From the NCBI GenBank assembly GCA_037447605.1, contig CM074806.1, positions 1,798,001 through 1,862,000 of the forward strand: DNA of 64,000 nt. Reading direction: 5' to 3'. A model generated the notes under the pieces. That model had not been told where the DNA came from, did not search any database, and saw nothing but the letters and a program-made list of their open reading frames with translations. The translations under genes were made by a program, and so were the position numbers. Source of the DNA: Zygnema circumcarinatum SAG 698-1b. Lineage: Eukaryota; Plantae; Zygnematophyceae. Positions 25,701-37,781 of the stretch are shown here, in pieces (the stretch's first letter is position 1; every line of letters begins with the position of its first letter).

Positions 25701-28607
25701 TACGACAAGGACATGCGTTGAGAGCTTGCCACTTTAACAACCATCCAGTTTTTTTTTGCTCCATGATAACAATGCACATCTCCACACCAGCCACATTCAA
25801 TCAATCTGCAAAGCAAGCAGTTTCTGCATCATGACTTACTGCTTAAAGATCTCAGGTCTCTGGAGGGGTAGAGTAACAAGCTCCTTCAATGCTTGAATTT
25901 GTGTTCCAAGCCCACCCAAAGCCGCATATACTGGAGTTTGCCCAAAGCTCGACCTTCCTGCAACCTGCGGCCCTTCAATGGTCGTAGAAGAGGATGCGAC
26001 CCCGGCTGCTTCGGACTGCTCTGTGGGTGCTGCTGCGGCACCCTTCAGGCTGCCTTCAAGAGAAATCTCTGTTCCAGAACTCACGAAGAAAAGGGGAAGA
26101 GGTCGTCCCAATGACCCCACGTTGCACTCAAGAAAGTCATCTCCACTACTCTCACTTTGTGCAGTGGGCGCTGCGGCAAATGCACACTCTACTCCACAAA
26201 TCGGAAGTGATACCACATTGCCGGGCAAAAGCCAACGACCTGCGAGCCACTTACTCGCCAATAGTTTAAGGAGGTTCCTCTGTGATGTCTTTCCACTGGT
26301 CAACAAACTTTCCACCGCTTCTAGTTGGGCGACGTTCTGCGAGCAGTTGTATTCTCGTGCAATTGGAGGAGGGGCAGGTGAGGTGCTGTTAGAACTTCTA
26401 GTAGGGCTTTCTGCTTGAGAAGGACTCCTCTTCTGCCTGTGTTTGGCAGCGGCAGAAGGAGATCCAATGGTTGGTTCACGTTTCACTGGAGTGGCAGCAT
26501 CACTCTCGACTTTATTGCTTCTTTCCTCGTTCCCCGGGTCAGGTCCAAGTTGGCGCTCAGCAGGTTGCAACCATATAAGGCGGAGGCAAAGAGCAGCCTT
26601 CGTTTGGGCAAATGCTTTCTGGTCTCCATAGAGCGCATCAACGGGCTTCGGAGATTTGACCACGCTACAGTTGGGGGAAATCGCATTGGCTCCTTTTGCA
26701 GGGGAAGCTTCGGCTTGAGAACGAGTTGCAGAAGCTGGTGGTGTTGCTGATGCCGCATGCTGATGTGGACTAGCTGATGAAGAAAATGAAGAATCGTATG
26801 GATGAGAGGGAGAACTAGAGGGAGCTGGTGAAAGCGGACTGGGAATTCTGGCACTCGTGTCGGGCAGGAGGGCAAGCGGATATATATAGAGAGACGATCC
26901 AATAGAAGGTCGGCCCATGCTTTCAAAAAGCTGCCATGACAATCGGACACCATTCCGTGGGACCTATACAGCGAGGAAAATCAAAGACAGGGATAGCCGA
27001 TGCTTAGAATTGAATCGCAGATTGACGATACCTCACAGAGTGGTGCACCACAATAGCTTCGACTGAGCCACTCACACCGGTTCCTACTCTCCCAATCTCC
27101 TCTGTATACTCCCCTTACGCCAGGATGTCCGAATGGGTGTAACGCAGAGTCGGAGCTTTACCTTTGGCGAAGGCCAGGCGGCACCTATGTTCAGAATTGG
27201 CCCCAATTGAGTCTTTCCAGTAGGTGGAAAACTTGGCACCGCAGTGCTTAAAAGTGCATCATTGAACTGCTTTTCATCGAAGCAGGCTGAACCCCACAGA
27301 ATCTGCGTTGATGATGTTCCTCGGGTCGATTTGATGCCTTCAGAGTGCAGCACCTGGCAACACCACAATTCCCTGTGTATACAACAACTTTCTGGGGACC
27401 TGTGCACTTAGCAGAATGCAGAAGCCTGCAGTGCAAAACTTTAAGCATGGCAGCTCAGTTATCCGTGTGCCCGACAAACATAAAAACGAGGGATGGATGG
27501 CGCCGAGATGTTGAATGGCTCCAGCTGTTCCGAGGACTTGCTTGCGATTATTATCCCGGAACTCTAAATTCAAAACAAAGTGCATCTATATTCACAGTTA
27601 ATTAGCTCAATGAGCCAGTTCAGCACTCTGCGTCGACATAACGAATATTGATGCTGGAGCATGCCTATGCAATTACGCTCTATGACATGCGAGCGTCTGG
27701 ACCAATGCGCTCTTGTTCATACATGCTGGTGTTATATAGGCATGCAGTAAGGAGGCCCTTTTTTTCACACAGGAAATGAACGGTAGATGCATCTCCGTTT
27801 ACTGCAGGGGCATCTGACCATTCCCTTTAGCGAGCTTACATACACTGTAAGGACGCGCATGTACGCCGATTAGCAGCCTGAGAGTACCAATTTGAGTGCC
27901 TGGACACGGTCTTGAGTGTTTGTTGTTTATGTAGGGATAAGTCTGGGATTATGGATGGGGTGCACATGATAAATCGGTGGAGGTGAAAAGAAAAATTCGA
28001 TTACTTGTAGCTTTATCCACCTAAGTCTGGTTATGCAGAAAGAAACAGAACGAGCCCCCGCCTGCATGAGCTTGTGAGGCACAGCCTTAAACATGCATAA
28101 CTTAGTTTGTAAGACTGCGTGGGTGCGTGCAAGGGAGAAACGACGCCACACAGCTTGTTCTGGTGTGCTGCTTGGCTTTCATTTGATGAGATCCATATCC
28201 GAAGAGGGTGTTTCAACTTCACGACGTGAATGAAGTCCGAGAGCCATTCTCAAAGCTGTGTGATATTTTCAGACAATCCTCCAGTGCTTTCTCATCATTC
28301 CCTACAGTTTACAGCATCCCCTTGAATATCTCTTTCCTCGAACGCACTGCTGCTCTCTCTTCCCCCTTGCAGGGCTCAGCAAGGAGCCACATGAGGAGCG
28401 ACTCGAGAGCAGAGCAGCAGAAGAAAGCGAGCTTACAGCCACAAGGCTCCCCGCCGCCAGACTCTGCGCGTCCATGGCGGCCGGCGGGAGCCATAGCTGC
28501 GCGCTGCCAGCCCCTCCCTTTCCCGCTCCCTCTCCCGCGCTGAGGCGCGCCTCGAAGCGCGCCCCCTCCGGCACCTCCGCCGCCCCTCCCGCCGCCCCCG
28601 CCGCCAT
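19306..28607 (-). CDS. CIP111: Double AAA+ ATPase, CDC48-related CIP111 / AFG2(Drg1)/SPATA5-like, about 12 exons
   Basis: N-terminal [21 protein letters not shown]1: [61 protein letters not shown]2: [69 protein letters not shown]|[26 protein letters not shown]. First in-frame stop after the last clear exon is at 19306-19308; an alternative last exon at 18293-18540 is possible. The symbol follows the Arabidopsis homologue. Confidence 0.9.
22757..22825. repeat. CT-rich (CTCCCT)n/(CT)n microsatellite-like tract in AAA gene intron
   Basis: ccctcccccctcgctctctctctctccctctccctctccctctccctctcc read directly. Confidence 0.85.
23001..23315 (+). repeat. G-rich minisatellite, ~13-bp units GGTGGGAGATGTT / GTGTGGGAGATGT, more than 20 copies, intronic
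   Basis: Tandem variants of (G)TGGGAGATGT(T/G), immediately upstream (in transcription) of the D2 Walker A exon acceptor. Confidence 0.95.
24405..24437. repeat. (TACA)n microsatellite
   Basis: acatacatacatacctacatacatacatacac. Confidence 0.85.
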
Positions 28608-28709
28608 GGCCGCAACCTCCGCGCCCTCCGCCTCGCCCCCTCCCTCCCTTCCCCCTCCTCCCCCACTCAGCGGGAGCGACGAGGCGCCGTCCCCAGGCTG
28701 CGAGCCGCC

Positions 28710-31700
28710 ATGGCTGCGCCGCTGTGGCAGGCGGCCGCGCTAGCGGGCGCCCTCGCGGCCGTGTGCGCTGCTCGCGCTGTGGGGCTGACCGCGAGGGCGC
28801 GGCGAGGCCTGCAGCCCGCGCTCTCACGCCTCGCGCTCGCAGGGGTCGCCTCGGTGCTGCGCGTGCAGGTGCGCGGCTGGGCTCTAGGGCTTGGGACAGG
28901 TTAGGGTTAGCAGGAGTTTTGGCTTGCAGTTGTTGTTGATTGGTTGTTGGGAGGGTTTCTGGATAGGAATTTTATTTCAAATTTTGGGAGGTCTGTCGGT
29001 AAAGGAAAGCAGCGATGCGATGTGAAGGAGCAGCAGGAATGGGATCAGGAAACGGCGTGTGAGGGTGCTGGAGAGGTGCTTTCAAATCAGTCGGTGCAGG
29101 ACAATCGGCGTTGGAGTCTGCGTGGATGAAACGTGCTTTATGGAAAGGCTTTCGAATATCTGTTTAATCTTCAGGGAGATGCCTCTTTAAGTCCTGAAAG
29201 CGGATTTTTTTAGTCCAGGCCAAGTCTCCAACTGTCATTCTAAACGGCTATCTCTCCCGCCTACTCGCAGTCACTACTCCTGAAAGAGGAATGAGGCGAA
29301 CGTGTTCCAGATGAGCCTCCATTGTCGCTCTTCATTGGATTCTGGTTAGGACGGATCGAGTTCGTCAGCTTTAACCGCGTGCTTGAAGTTTTATTAAGTA
29401 TTGAAAATTATGTTAAACCTATCTATTTATGCGAATGACTTTGACAGTCGTTTCCTTAAATGTGTTCGTGGCATTGTCTACCAACTGATATTGCGAAATC
29501 TTTCTTGTAATTATTGTTTCCTCTTGATGGCCTCGCCATCGTGAGATCAATGCCACTTCCTCTTTCCTCTACGTTTTACTACACAACTTAGGCGTGGCCA
29601 TCGTCACAGTCAATCAGATCAAGAGTCTCGATTTTCCTCGAATGGTTATTAAGTTCGATCATAAAGAATTACTCTTCGTGTTCCTCAAAAGGATCTCGAC
29701 TCTGATTCCTCTGTATATCCACCAACATTTTATACAACACAATAGACAAGCTTCGATTACTAGGGTCAGACCAAGTTTCTAAATTCCAAAGCTCTACAAC
29801 CTGTTGTATTTCTACCGTCTGACTGGCGCATGCCTGTCTGCAATAGCAGCTCTGCGGAGTTATTCATGCCCGCGTCCTTGTCCTGAGAGGCGGACGATGT
29901 GCTGATGCCTTGCAGAAGTATCGAAAGCCATGGCTGGACAACTTTTTGTATGGCATGGCATTGGCCGTATCCATCGAGTTTTACACGGCCTTCCTTCCCA
30001 TGCTGTTTTGGGTAAGTTCACAATCTGGATTCTCGGTTTTTGTTACATTTATGATTTGATTCATACAACTGCATTAGAGAAGTTTGCCAAGACCTTTCAT
30101 TTTTTTTTTTTTTACTTATTCCTTTGCTTCGCACACTACCTTCGTTTGGTATCTGTTGGTTAATAGTGCTTTTCCGTGTGTCTGTCAACACGCATCAACG
30201 TTAGTAATTGCATTGCCTCTCACTTGTTGCTTACTGCCTGTTTAATGAAACAGCGTGTAGAAATTAAAGTACTAAAGCGAAAGTCCCAAGACAAATAGTA
30301 CAACTTACAAGAGAGGGTTGTGTTGTACAGTGAATCTCGTCTTAACCTAGAATACCCAGCTTTTCCATATAAGTAGTGCGAGCGTTGGCAGTAGGTGCAC
30401 ATGGATGAATAGTGGGTTCTTCCATAGGTATTTCCACGAATATCTTCATGAGCTTGAGGAGTTATTCGCGTTGTACTTTATCTTGTTGCGAATAGAAAGT
30501 CAGCTCATTGCTTCCGACAGAGAGCGCCTACTTTCCCATTTTCTTCAGCCAACCAGTTTATGATGAATTGAGGCTGGCAACGTGCCTGATTGCAGATGAA
30601 CCAGTTGAAGCTCGCGGCCAAACTCACGATCCTCATGGCGCTCTGCATCTATGTCGGAAATGGTTTGAAGGTAGCTGCTTGGCTGCTGGTTCGTTCGTTT
30701 GATCTAATCTGAGAGATAAATAAAGTGTGTCCCTGGGCCTTAAGAATGTCATTTTTTCTGTCACCATCTGCATGCTCCTGCTTCAGCATCTGTAGCATGA
30801 GAAGTTAGTTATGAACTTGACTTTTTCGGGGTCTTTTTCTCAATGTTTCGAGTATCTCGTCTGTGATCTGCCAGCTTGCCTTTAGAGAGTCAGATGTGTT
30901 TTTCTCTTCATCGAATAGCAGCTAGACACTCTTGCAATTTTTTGCCGCTGAAGGTTAAGCAATGTTGCAGGATGTTGTTTGTGCTCCAAGGCCCGCTTCA
31001 CCTCCTGTGTGGAGATCGGGTCATTCAAGTAATGCGAAGGAGTACGGTTTTCCATCAACTCACAGTATTAATGTAGTGGCTCTTTCTGCGTGAGTTTCAT
31101 ACTCCTACGGCAGAGGTGCCTTTGATACTTGTGAACTTTGACGTTGTGAGTGTAGCATTTTGGCTCCACTTGAAGAGTCAGAGCATTGTCTGCGGTTTGC
31201 CAAATGGTTTCATTACGTCTGGTGGTATAAGAGGATGACTTCCATCAGTGCTTCATTTTCAGCTGTCATTTTCTTACTGCTAGAGCAGTGACGAGTGTTG
31301 GCAGAATAAAAATCTGACGAAAATATTGAGACCGCTGGGTGCAGCTACCTTGTCCAGTTTTGTGTCAACGAGGAGGTTTTTGGGAATCGGTCATGGTGTC
31401 TATGGGTTATGGTCGCTGTACTGGGACTCGTTTCCGGCATTGTCGTTTTTGGTATGTACTTCAACTCGTGTGCTCTTGTGGCTTGATCCTCTGCTCCATT
31501 ACGTTTCTTCGATTGCTCGTTCAAGCACAAAGATGGGAGGACTAGAAGTTTTAAGTCATTGGTTACAAAGGCGTGTGAGTACTGCATGTCCCTTCTAATT
31601 TGCAGCTCAAAGAATTCGCGTGTTTGTGTTGCAGGTGTTAACAACCATACTTCCAAACTTATATTTTAATATGGATGAATTTCTTTTACATATCATTGTG

Positions 31701-33151
31701 TTTTTGCTATGGATTCTTTCATTGGTATTCCTCGCTTGTTAGACTCATTGATTCCCTCAATTGAAGCACTCACACCAAGGAACGGGCGCATGGCTATCAT
31801 GGCTGCCTTGCAGGACGACTATACTTGGGCATGCACACTCTTGTGGACATTGGAGGAGGCGTTGCCATGGGGGTCTTGCTACCACTTCTTTTCAGCATGG
31901 TGGACGAGCCGTTGGTGGAATTCATCATACGCGGCGAGAATGGTTAGTTGTTGGTTTCAGTTTCCACAAAATGAGATACACGGCGGAGATACACGAGTGA
32001 CTCTTGGCACTGGGAAAATGTTGCAAGATTATGTCACTCTTAATACGTAGTGCAGGGTCGTTTTTCGTCTATGCAGTTGAGGGGTTCCAACTGTGTTTGG
32101 CACTTCTGCTCCTCTTCACATACCCCACACCAGAGAGCTCCACACCAAGCTTTGGAGATGCCACTGCGTTCAATGGTGTGGTACTCGGAGTGGTGAGTGC
32201 ACCTCACGCAATACATATCCTTTTGTCTGTGTGCTTAAGATATGATAGTTGGAGCTGTAAAACACAAACGTATATCTGCTGACTGTAATTGGGACCAAAG
32301 CTAGTCTTGACGTTTTCCCTGGTGCAGTGTTTCCAATAGATCTTCTTTGTTGATTTGATTACCTCCTTATGGAATAAGGAGATTTGCTTGTTTGGAAGGC
32401 CTTTAGCAAATAGACTTGTGCTGGCTGAGGATAAGATGGACTGACCCTCTGTGTGAAGTGTCTTTTGGCCCTGATGCAGACAGTTGGTCTCCATCGCAGC
32501 TACGGCATCTACCTCCATGACGGGCCTACTGCCCTCCTCCCATTGTCATTGGCAGGTCTCTCACAACTGCTGAAACGGATGCTGTTGGGCTTCCCTATAG
32601 TGTTGGCCGCAAAGGCGGTGGGGAAGGCAGTGGCCCTCCGAATGCTGCCTCGTCTTGCAACCATGACTGGGTTCCCCATCAAGTCTACCGGCTACGTCAA
32701 GTTCTTGATGGACACTCCTGTGGCCCCTAAAGGAGAGCTTTTGCCTTCAAAGCCAGCACCAGAAAAGACTACAGACTTGCCCGATTACTCGGGGGAGATG
32801 GAGCTCAACTCTGAGAAACCCCATACAGAAGCCGCCAGTCTTCTGGGTTCAGAAAATGTGCCGTCTGGACTGCTCGCAGCAACACATCTCTCTTTCCGAG
32901 GTTTGAGAAAGATGCCAGCAATGCCTGGACCGTCTGACGATGCTCTGAAAGAATACCTTTCTGTCGAAAAAATGGAGCACGTGAACAGCAGCAGAAGTGA
33001 TGGCTGGCTTTCTGGGCGTCGCATTTCTCTGGGGTTCGGAGAAGATGAACCGTATGACGTGGACATGGGGATCCGCCTGGTGGCGTACGCAAGCTTGGGA
33101 TGGGCCGTTCTGGAGCTCGCTCCCGCAACCTTCCTTTGGCTGGGCCTGTGA
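28710..33151 (+). CDS. SPP1: Long-chain base (sphingosine/phytosphingosine) 1-phosphate phosphatase, lipid phosphate phosphatase delta (PAP2 family), about 8 exons
   Basis: Exons: ...VLRVQ|KYRKPWLDNF..FYTAFLPMLFW (~29917-30013), ..YVGNGLK|DVVCAPRP..KEYGFPSTHSIN (PAP2 motifs KxxxxxxRP and PSxH; ~30595-30670, ~30971-31090), GRLYLGMHTLVDI (motif 3, ~31816), YPTPESSTPSFGDATAFNGVVLG, and terminal exon ..PYDVDMGIRLVAYASLGWAVLEL..*. Confidence 0.93.
29524..29560 (+). repeat. Dispersed ~40-bp hairpin repeat, copy A (SPP1 intron 1)
   Basis: TTGATGGCCTCGCCATCGTGAGATCAATGCCACTTCC; 34/37 identical to copy B. Confidence 0.75.
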
Positions 33152-33344
33152 GATAGAGCAGGTGGCGCCATTGCGTAACCTGTGCTATGCTATGCCATCC
33201 CATATCATGAACCCAAATGGGATGGTCGTTGCTCTATGCAATTAGTCTCGTTGTTCAGCAATTGATACTCCGTTTAATTATGTTATAGAGAAGCAGGTAG
33301 TGACAGCTGGATTTACGAAGGCCTTTTTTCAATTAAGGCCAATA

Positions 33345-33497
33345 GGGGGTGTCAGACTTAACAAAATCTTACAAAAAGCGTTACGAAGAAAAAGGTTATG
33401 AAAGAACTCTGTCGCAGAAAGATCGCGAGGTTATTGGAGTACTCATTACGGTTTCATACGAACACGCATACTCACGTTTTTTAAGTCTGACCCGCCC
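33345..33497. mobile_element. MITE-like element, ~153 bp, 17-bp imperfect TIRs, flanked by TA on both sides
   Basis: Left end TA|GGGGGTGTCAGACTTAA (33343-33361). Right end TTAAGTCTGACCCGCCC|TA (33481-33499). 17/19 match as inverted repeats including the TA. The interior is AT-rich and non-coding. Confidence 0.6.
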
Positions 33498-34379
33498 TAA
33501 TAGCTAGTTGGCGAGGGGCTTCAGAGGGACGTCCTTCCTTTGTACCTTAAAAAGGCTATTTTCTGTTTGCAAATAACGTTTATTTTTCTCCGCCTTTCCT
33601 GTCTCACCACCCCATATATACTGTATGCTGTATTTAAGTATTTTTACAGTGTGAATGATTTTACATCTCCTCCTCTCAATTCTTGCGGACTGCTTTTCTC
33701 AGTTCTGAGAGCCTATTCAAGGGCCAGGCTCCGAGCAAGCTGCGGCTTGGCTCGGCCTGAAATACAGGAAGGGTTCAGAAGTTCTTTTCTTTGGCATTTG
33801 GCGATGCTGCAAGTATGCCGAGCAACCTCAAACCAATCAGAAGGCAGCGGCAGCGCACAGCACAACGGAAGCTGCAGAGAGCACAACCCCGCCCCACCTG
33901 CTCCCTCACTCCTGCCAAGGTTTGACCTGTACTGATCAAAAGAGCCGTGCATGTATGTGGGAGGAAGAACAACAGGTGGGCACAGAGAGAGAGAGGACAG
34001 AGACAGATGAAAGCTTCCTCGGTTTTCATCAACGGGATGCAATCTTTTCCTTAAAAAGGAACAAAAATATATCAATTTTGCGCAGGTGATTCCTGCGCTC
34101 TTTCCTTTCATATGTGCCATTGGATCCAGTTGCACCAAATAGCCCCGCTTCACTGTCCTTCCCTCGCTAGTCTAATCTCTGCTCTACATATCCTGTGTTG
34201 CCTTCCTTTGTATATGCCCGTGCAAATAGTCATGAGATGCGAACCTGATGTTTGGCTATAGCATCATCACAACGGGTCATTGGCTAAATAAGTATAGCTA
34301 CAAGATCACGTGGAAGCTGATTGTGTTGTAGCATCCACAACAAACCCCACAGCACTCACAGTCAGTCGCGATTGCACTC

Positions 34380-36765
34380 CTACAGCCTCCATTTGTTGAT
34401 CTCCGTCAGGAGCAAGTCAAACTTGGCGCCAACCACCTCAGCGACCATCTCTTTGTATCTGAAAAGCTTGAAGGTGGGAACGACCCGCACTCCCAGCTCC
34501 TTTGCCAAGGACTGCATACGCAGTAAACACATTAAGCCAACTATTCTCAATAAAGGTCGCAACTTGTCGACCTACAACATCTAAGAATGAACTGTCAGAG
34601 CCCCTTGACCACTAGGAAATTCAACGCTTTGAAATATTTTCAGGCTATGCACAATGAGATCTATCCCAGACCCAAGATGTTCAACTTTGCACTAAAAAGT
34701 GTACATCGTCATTGCTGAAGGTACAGGCTTCATGTTGCCCCCATTCCTTGATCAGCAGTGATGATCCAGAAGGGAGACAGCCATGCAACATCACACAAGC
34801 TACAACCAACCAGCTGTCCAGGATCTGCAAGCCAATCTTGACAAGCTCCCATCTTCCAACTGCCATGCGCCACGTGGAAGTAAGGGAAAGGAGCGGACCT
34901 TGTTCTCCTGATTGCAGTCAAGCTTGAGAAAGACCACATCTGTGTACTCAGGGACCAAAGCCTTAATTTTGGGCTCAAGCATTTTACAAGGACCACACCT
35001 GGAATGCAGCACCCAGCACACAAGGGATCAGATGCCTGAACCGCAACTGGATACGAGTTCCGAGTGGCAAGAAGAATCCAAGATCGAGCTCAATATTAAA
35101 ACTCAAGTTTGGCTACTTCTACCGCGAGACGGTCCTAAAATTGACCGCACAACATGATAAGTAAGCAACTAGAACTTCATCGCAACTAAAGCCAACCAGT
35201 CCACGTAGCACAAAAACGAGCTTGCTGGCAAATCAACGTGTAATATTAACAAGGAGCACAGCCTAAATCGCGATTTCCAGATGACTTTGAAAAGTGAGCG
35301 TAGCATTCAAAAATGTAGCAAAAGGGAACACCTTTATCAGAAAGTCATGGTGCTTCTTGCTTCTGTGTGAAAGACACTGGACATACCGTACGTATTTCAC
35401 ACGAGGACGGGCTAACTTGATCTTCGCTTGGTTACCCAAGTGAAAGTGGACAAGCAAGCCGAAATAGGGAAAGAATCTCTAGATTCCTCCTGCTATGGGT
35501 TGACATCCTATTGAAACCAGATTGGTAGGCAAATAGAAAGGATGGAATAACGGAACGACAGAGGTTAAGGACCATGAAAGGGAGCAGGTAGACGCATGAT
35601 TGCGCGGAAAAGCTGCTTTGAAATAAAGATTGTCTACCAAGAATATAGTAGACAAGGTGAAATTTCACTCACCACTGCGTAAACATGTCCAAGACCACCA
35701 GCTTATCACCTGCAGCCTGAAGTGCAGGGTAGAAGGTATCCTTGTTAACTTCTATGATCCCTTCTGCTACAGACGGTTCAGCGCTGTCGGTAACTGCACA
35801 CCGCCATGGATTGGGCCTCCTCGTATCTTTCAGTTTGAAACTTTCAAGTTTAATATCTGGACGAAGTAAAACAGAAAAGAAAGAAGGAAAAGATAAGAAA
35901 TAGCGATAGAAAAAAAAATACTTCTCATTTGAGTTAAAGCAATGAGTGTTACCCTTGAGCACACGTATAACTAAGAGCTGATCTTGCAAATCATATAGAA
36001 GTGTAACAGCAGCTGCAATATTGAAAACAGATCATCAATCGTATAGCTGTCGCTCTTTTATTTCTCCAGATGGATTAGGACATTTGATGTTTGAACCTTC
36101 ACAGTGCTTTGATATTTTCAAGTAAATAAGAGAGCGTCATGATTGTGACAAGTGACTTGCAGACTTGCATCTTACACGTGGACAGCCAGCGACAACTCCG
36201 TTTTCAAACAGATAGAGTAGTAGCACTATTTCCCATTCAAGAGTGAGGCGCTGAAAAGTCAGATCCTTGCATTGGAAGGATAAAAATTCTTAGCAACGAC
36301 TTGTGGTCTATGACATGCTTCGCGAAACGGGCTAACGACTGGGCATGAAAAGCTGCATTATTTTTAGTTGGTGCACTCTTTGCATCACAAATGCATGCAC
36401 TCCAATACGCCATCTCAAAGCATGGTTCTTACGCAAGCACGAAGTACCAGATCCGAGTTCTTCTTAAAATTTATGAAGCATTCACGTGCATGCAATATTT
36501 TTATAAAAAAACGGGGGGGTTAAGGGGAAATAACTACGCATCCTCCTCGCCATACTTGAGAATCCCGACAAGATCGACATATCTCCGAGCATACTGTACG
36601 GTCTGCAGGAGTGCGAGCTGCACCTGCTCGCGCGCAGTGCAGCGGCGAAGCGACGGAGCGGCGCCCTCCACAAAGAGCTCCTGAGCGCGCATTCTGCGGC
36701 GCCGGCACAAGCGATGCTGCAGGCGCAGAGGGCGCGCAGAGGCGCGAGCAGGCAGCGGTAGCCAT
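34380..36765 (-). CDS. TRXf: Chloroplast thioredoxin f, 4 exons
   Basis: Ala/Arg/Ser-rich transit peptide from accATGg at 36765. Then EVNKDTFYPALQAAGDKLVVLDMFTQW|CGPCKMLEPK..VVFLKLDCNQENK|SLAKELGVRVVPTFKLF..GAKF. The extra Cys in LDCN and the MFTQWCGPCK context are f-type hallmarks. Confidence 0.94.
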
Positions 36766-36768
36766 GGT

Positions 36769-36812
36769 GGGCGGGCGGGCGGGCGGGCGGGCGGGCGGGC
36801 GGGCGGGCGGGC
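36769..36812 (+). repeat. (GGGC)11 tract ending 3 nt before the Trx f ATG
   Basis: Perfect repeat read directly; it reads (GCCC)11 on the mRNA strand. Confidence 0.95.
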
Positions 36813-37308
36813 GACGATGATGCTGACGCCGCACCCTCTCTCTCTCTCTCCCTCACCCACTCTCTCTCTCCCTCTCCCTCTCCCTCTCTCTCTCTCTCCT
36901 TCCCCTTAATGCGCGCTCGGCGTGTCGGTGCGCGAGCCTCTGCGCGCCGACGCGCGCTGGAAAGATAGGGCTGCCGGCACGTGCGAACTAATCGGGTATT
37001 TTAAGCGAAGAAAAATATGCGCAAAGGGTAGTGATAAAATTAATTTTAAACATGTACGGTCATACGGAAAAAGAGTATGAAAAAGACTCGCCAGAGTGTG
37101 ATGTCACGTCAGCCACAGTGATTCTAAATTATAAATTTAAATCGACCATAATTTTACATTCTTGGTGTCAGGTGGTCATCCCTAAAAAGTGATCGGCGCC
37201 TCGGCGGTAATTGGCCGACCGTTTGGAGGGGAAGGGCCGGAGCGGGCGAGGGAGAGAAAGAGAGGGAAGGGGAAGGGAGGGAAGGGAAGGGGAGGGGAGG
37301 GGGCGGCC

Positions 37309-37416
37309 ATGGCTGGACCTTCTAGACAAGCAGGGAAGGGATGTACACAGCGCATGGTGGAGGAGAGAGGGGACATTGCATTTGCATTCAAGAACAGCAG
37401 CTGCGACAATAGATGA
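37309..37416 (+). CDS. Candidate 35-aa small ORF with gene-start signature (MAGPSRQAGKGCTQRMVEERGDIAFAFKNSSCDNR)
   Basis: GA-rich leader at 37248-37303 followed by gcggccATGG, the same signature as verified genes in this window. It is divergent from Trx f. No recognisable homology. Confidence 0.3.
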   Translation: MAGPSRQAGKGCTQRMVEERGDIAFAFKNSSCDNR

Positions 37417-37781
37417 AAACAGGTTTATTTATGCTACGAATGTTCTATAGAGAGTCAGGAAAAACATATACGTATCCTGTGGGAAGTTTTATGTTTACAA
37501 TCAATGCCACGTCTCTTCGCTTTATGCTTACTAGTAGTGTTTACTAGTAAAGAAAAATGAGGATAATAGCAAGCCAGCATCAAGGTCCGCGCGCATGTTC
37601 CGCGCCTCTCTCTGCGAAGCTTGCAGCGTACTGAATCTTAAAGGACGAACACGCGTGGGGTGGTCCGTGCCTGCTTCCGACATACCTTCTCAGCCAAATT
37701 CCCAAATGAACATTTCCCAATCCAATATGCTTGCATAGTCTATAGCGTTGTGAGACCACCCTCGGCCTTCCCCTCCTCCTC

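Noticed and set aside
27655-27810. Nested short inverted repeats in AAA intron 1; also the hairpin at 13466-13504
   Set aside because: The arms are only 8-10 bp with no target-site duplication or second copy, so they cannot be called an element.
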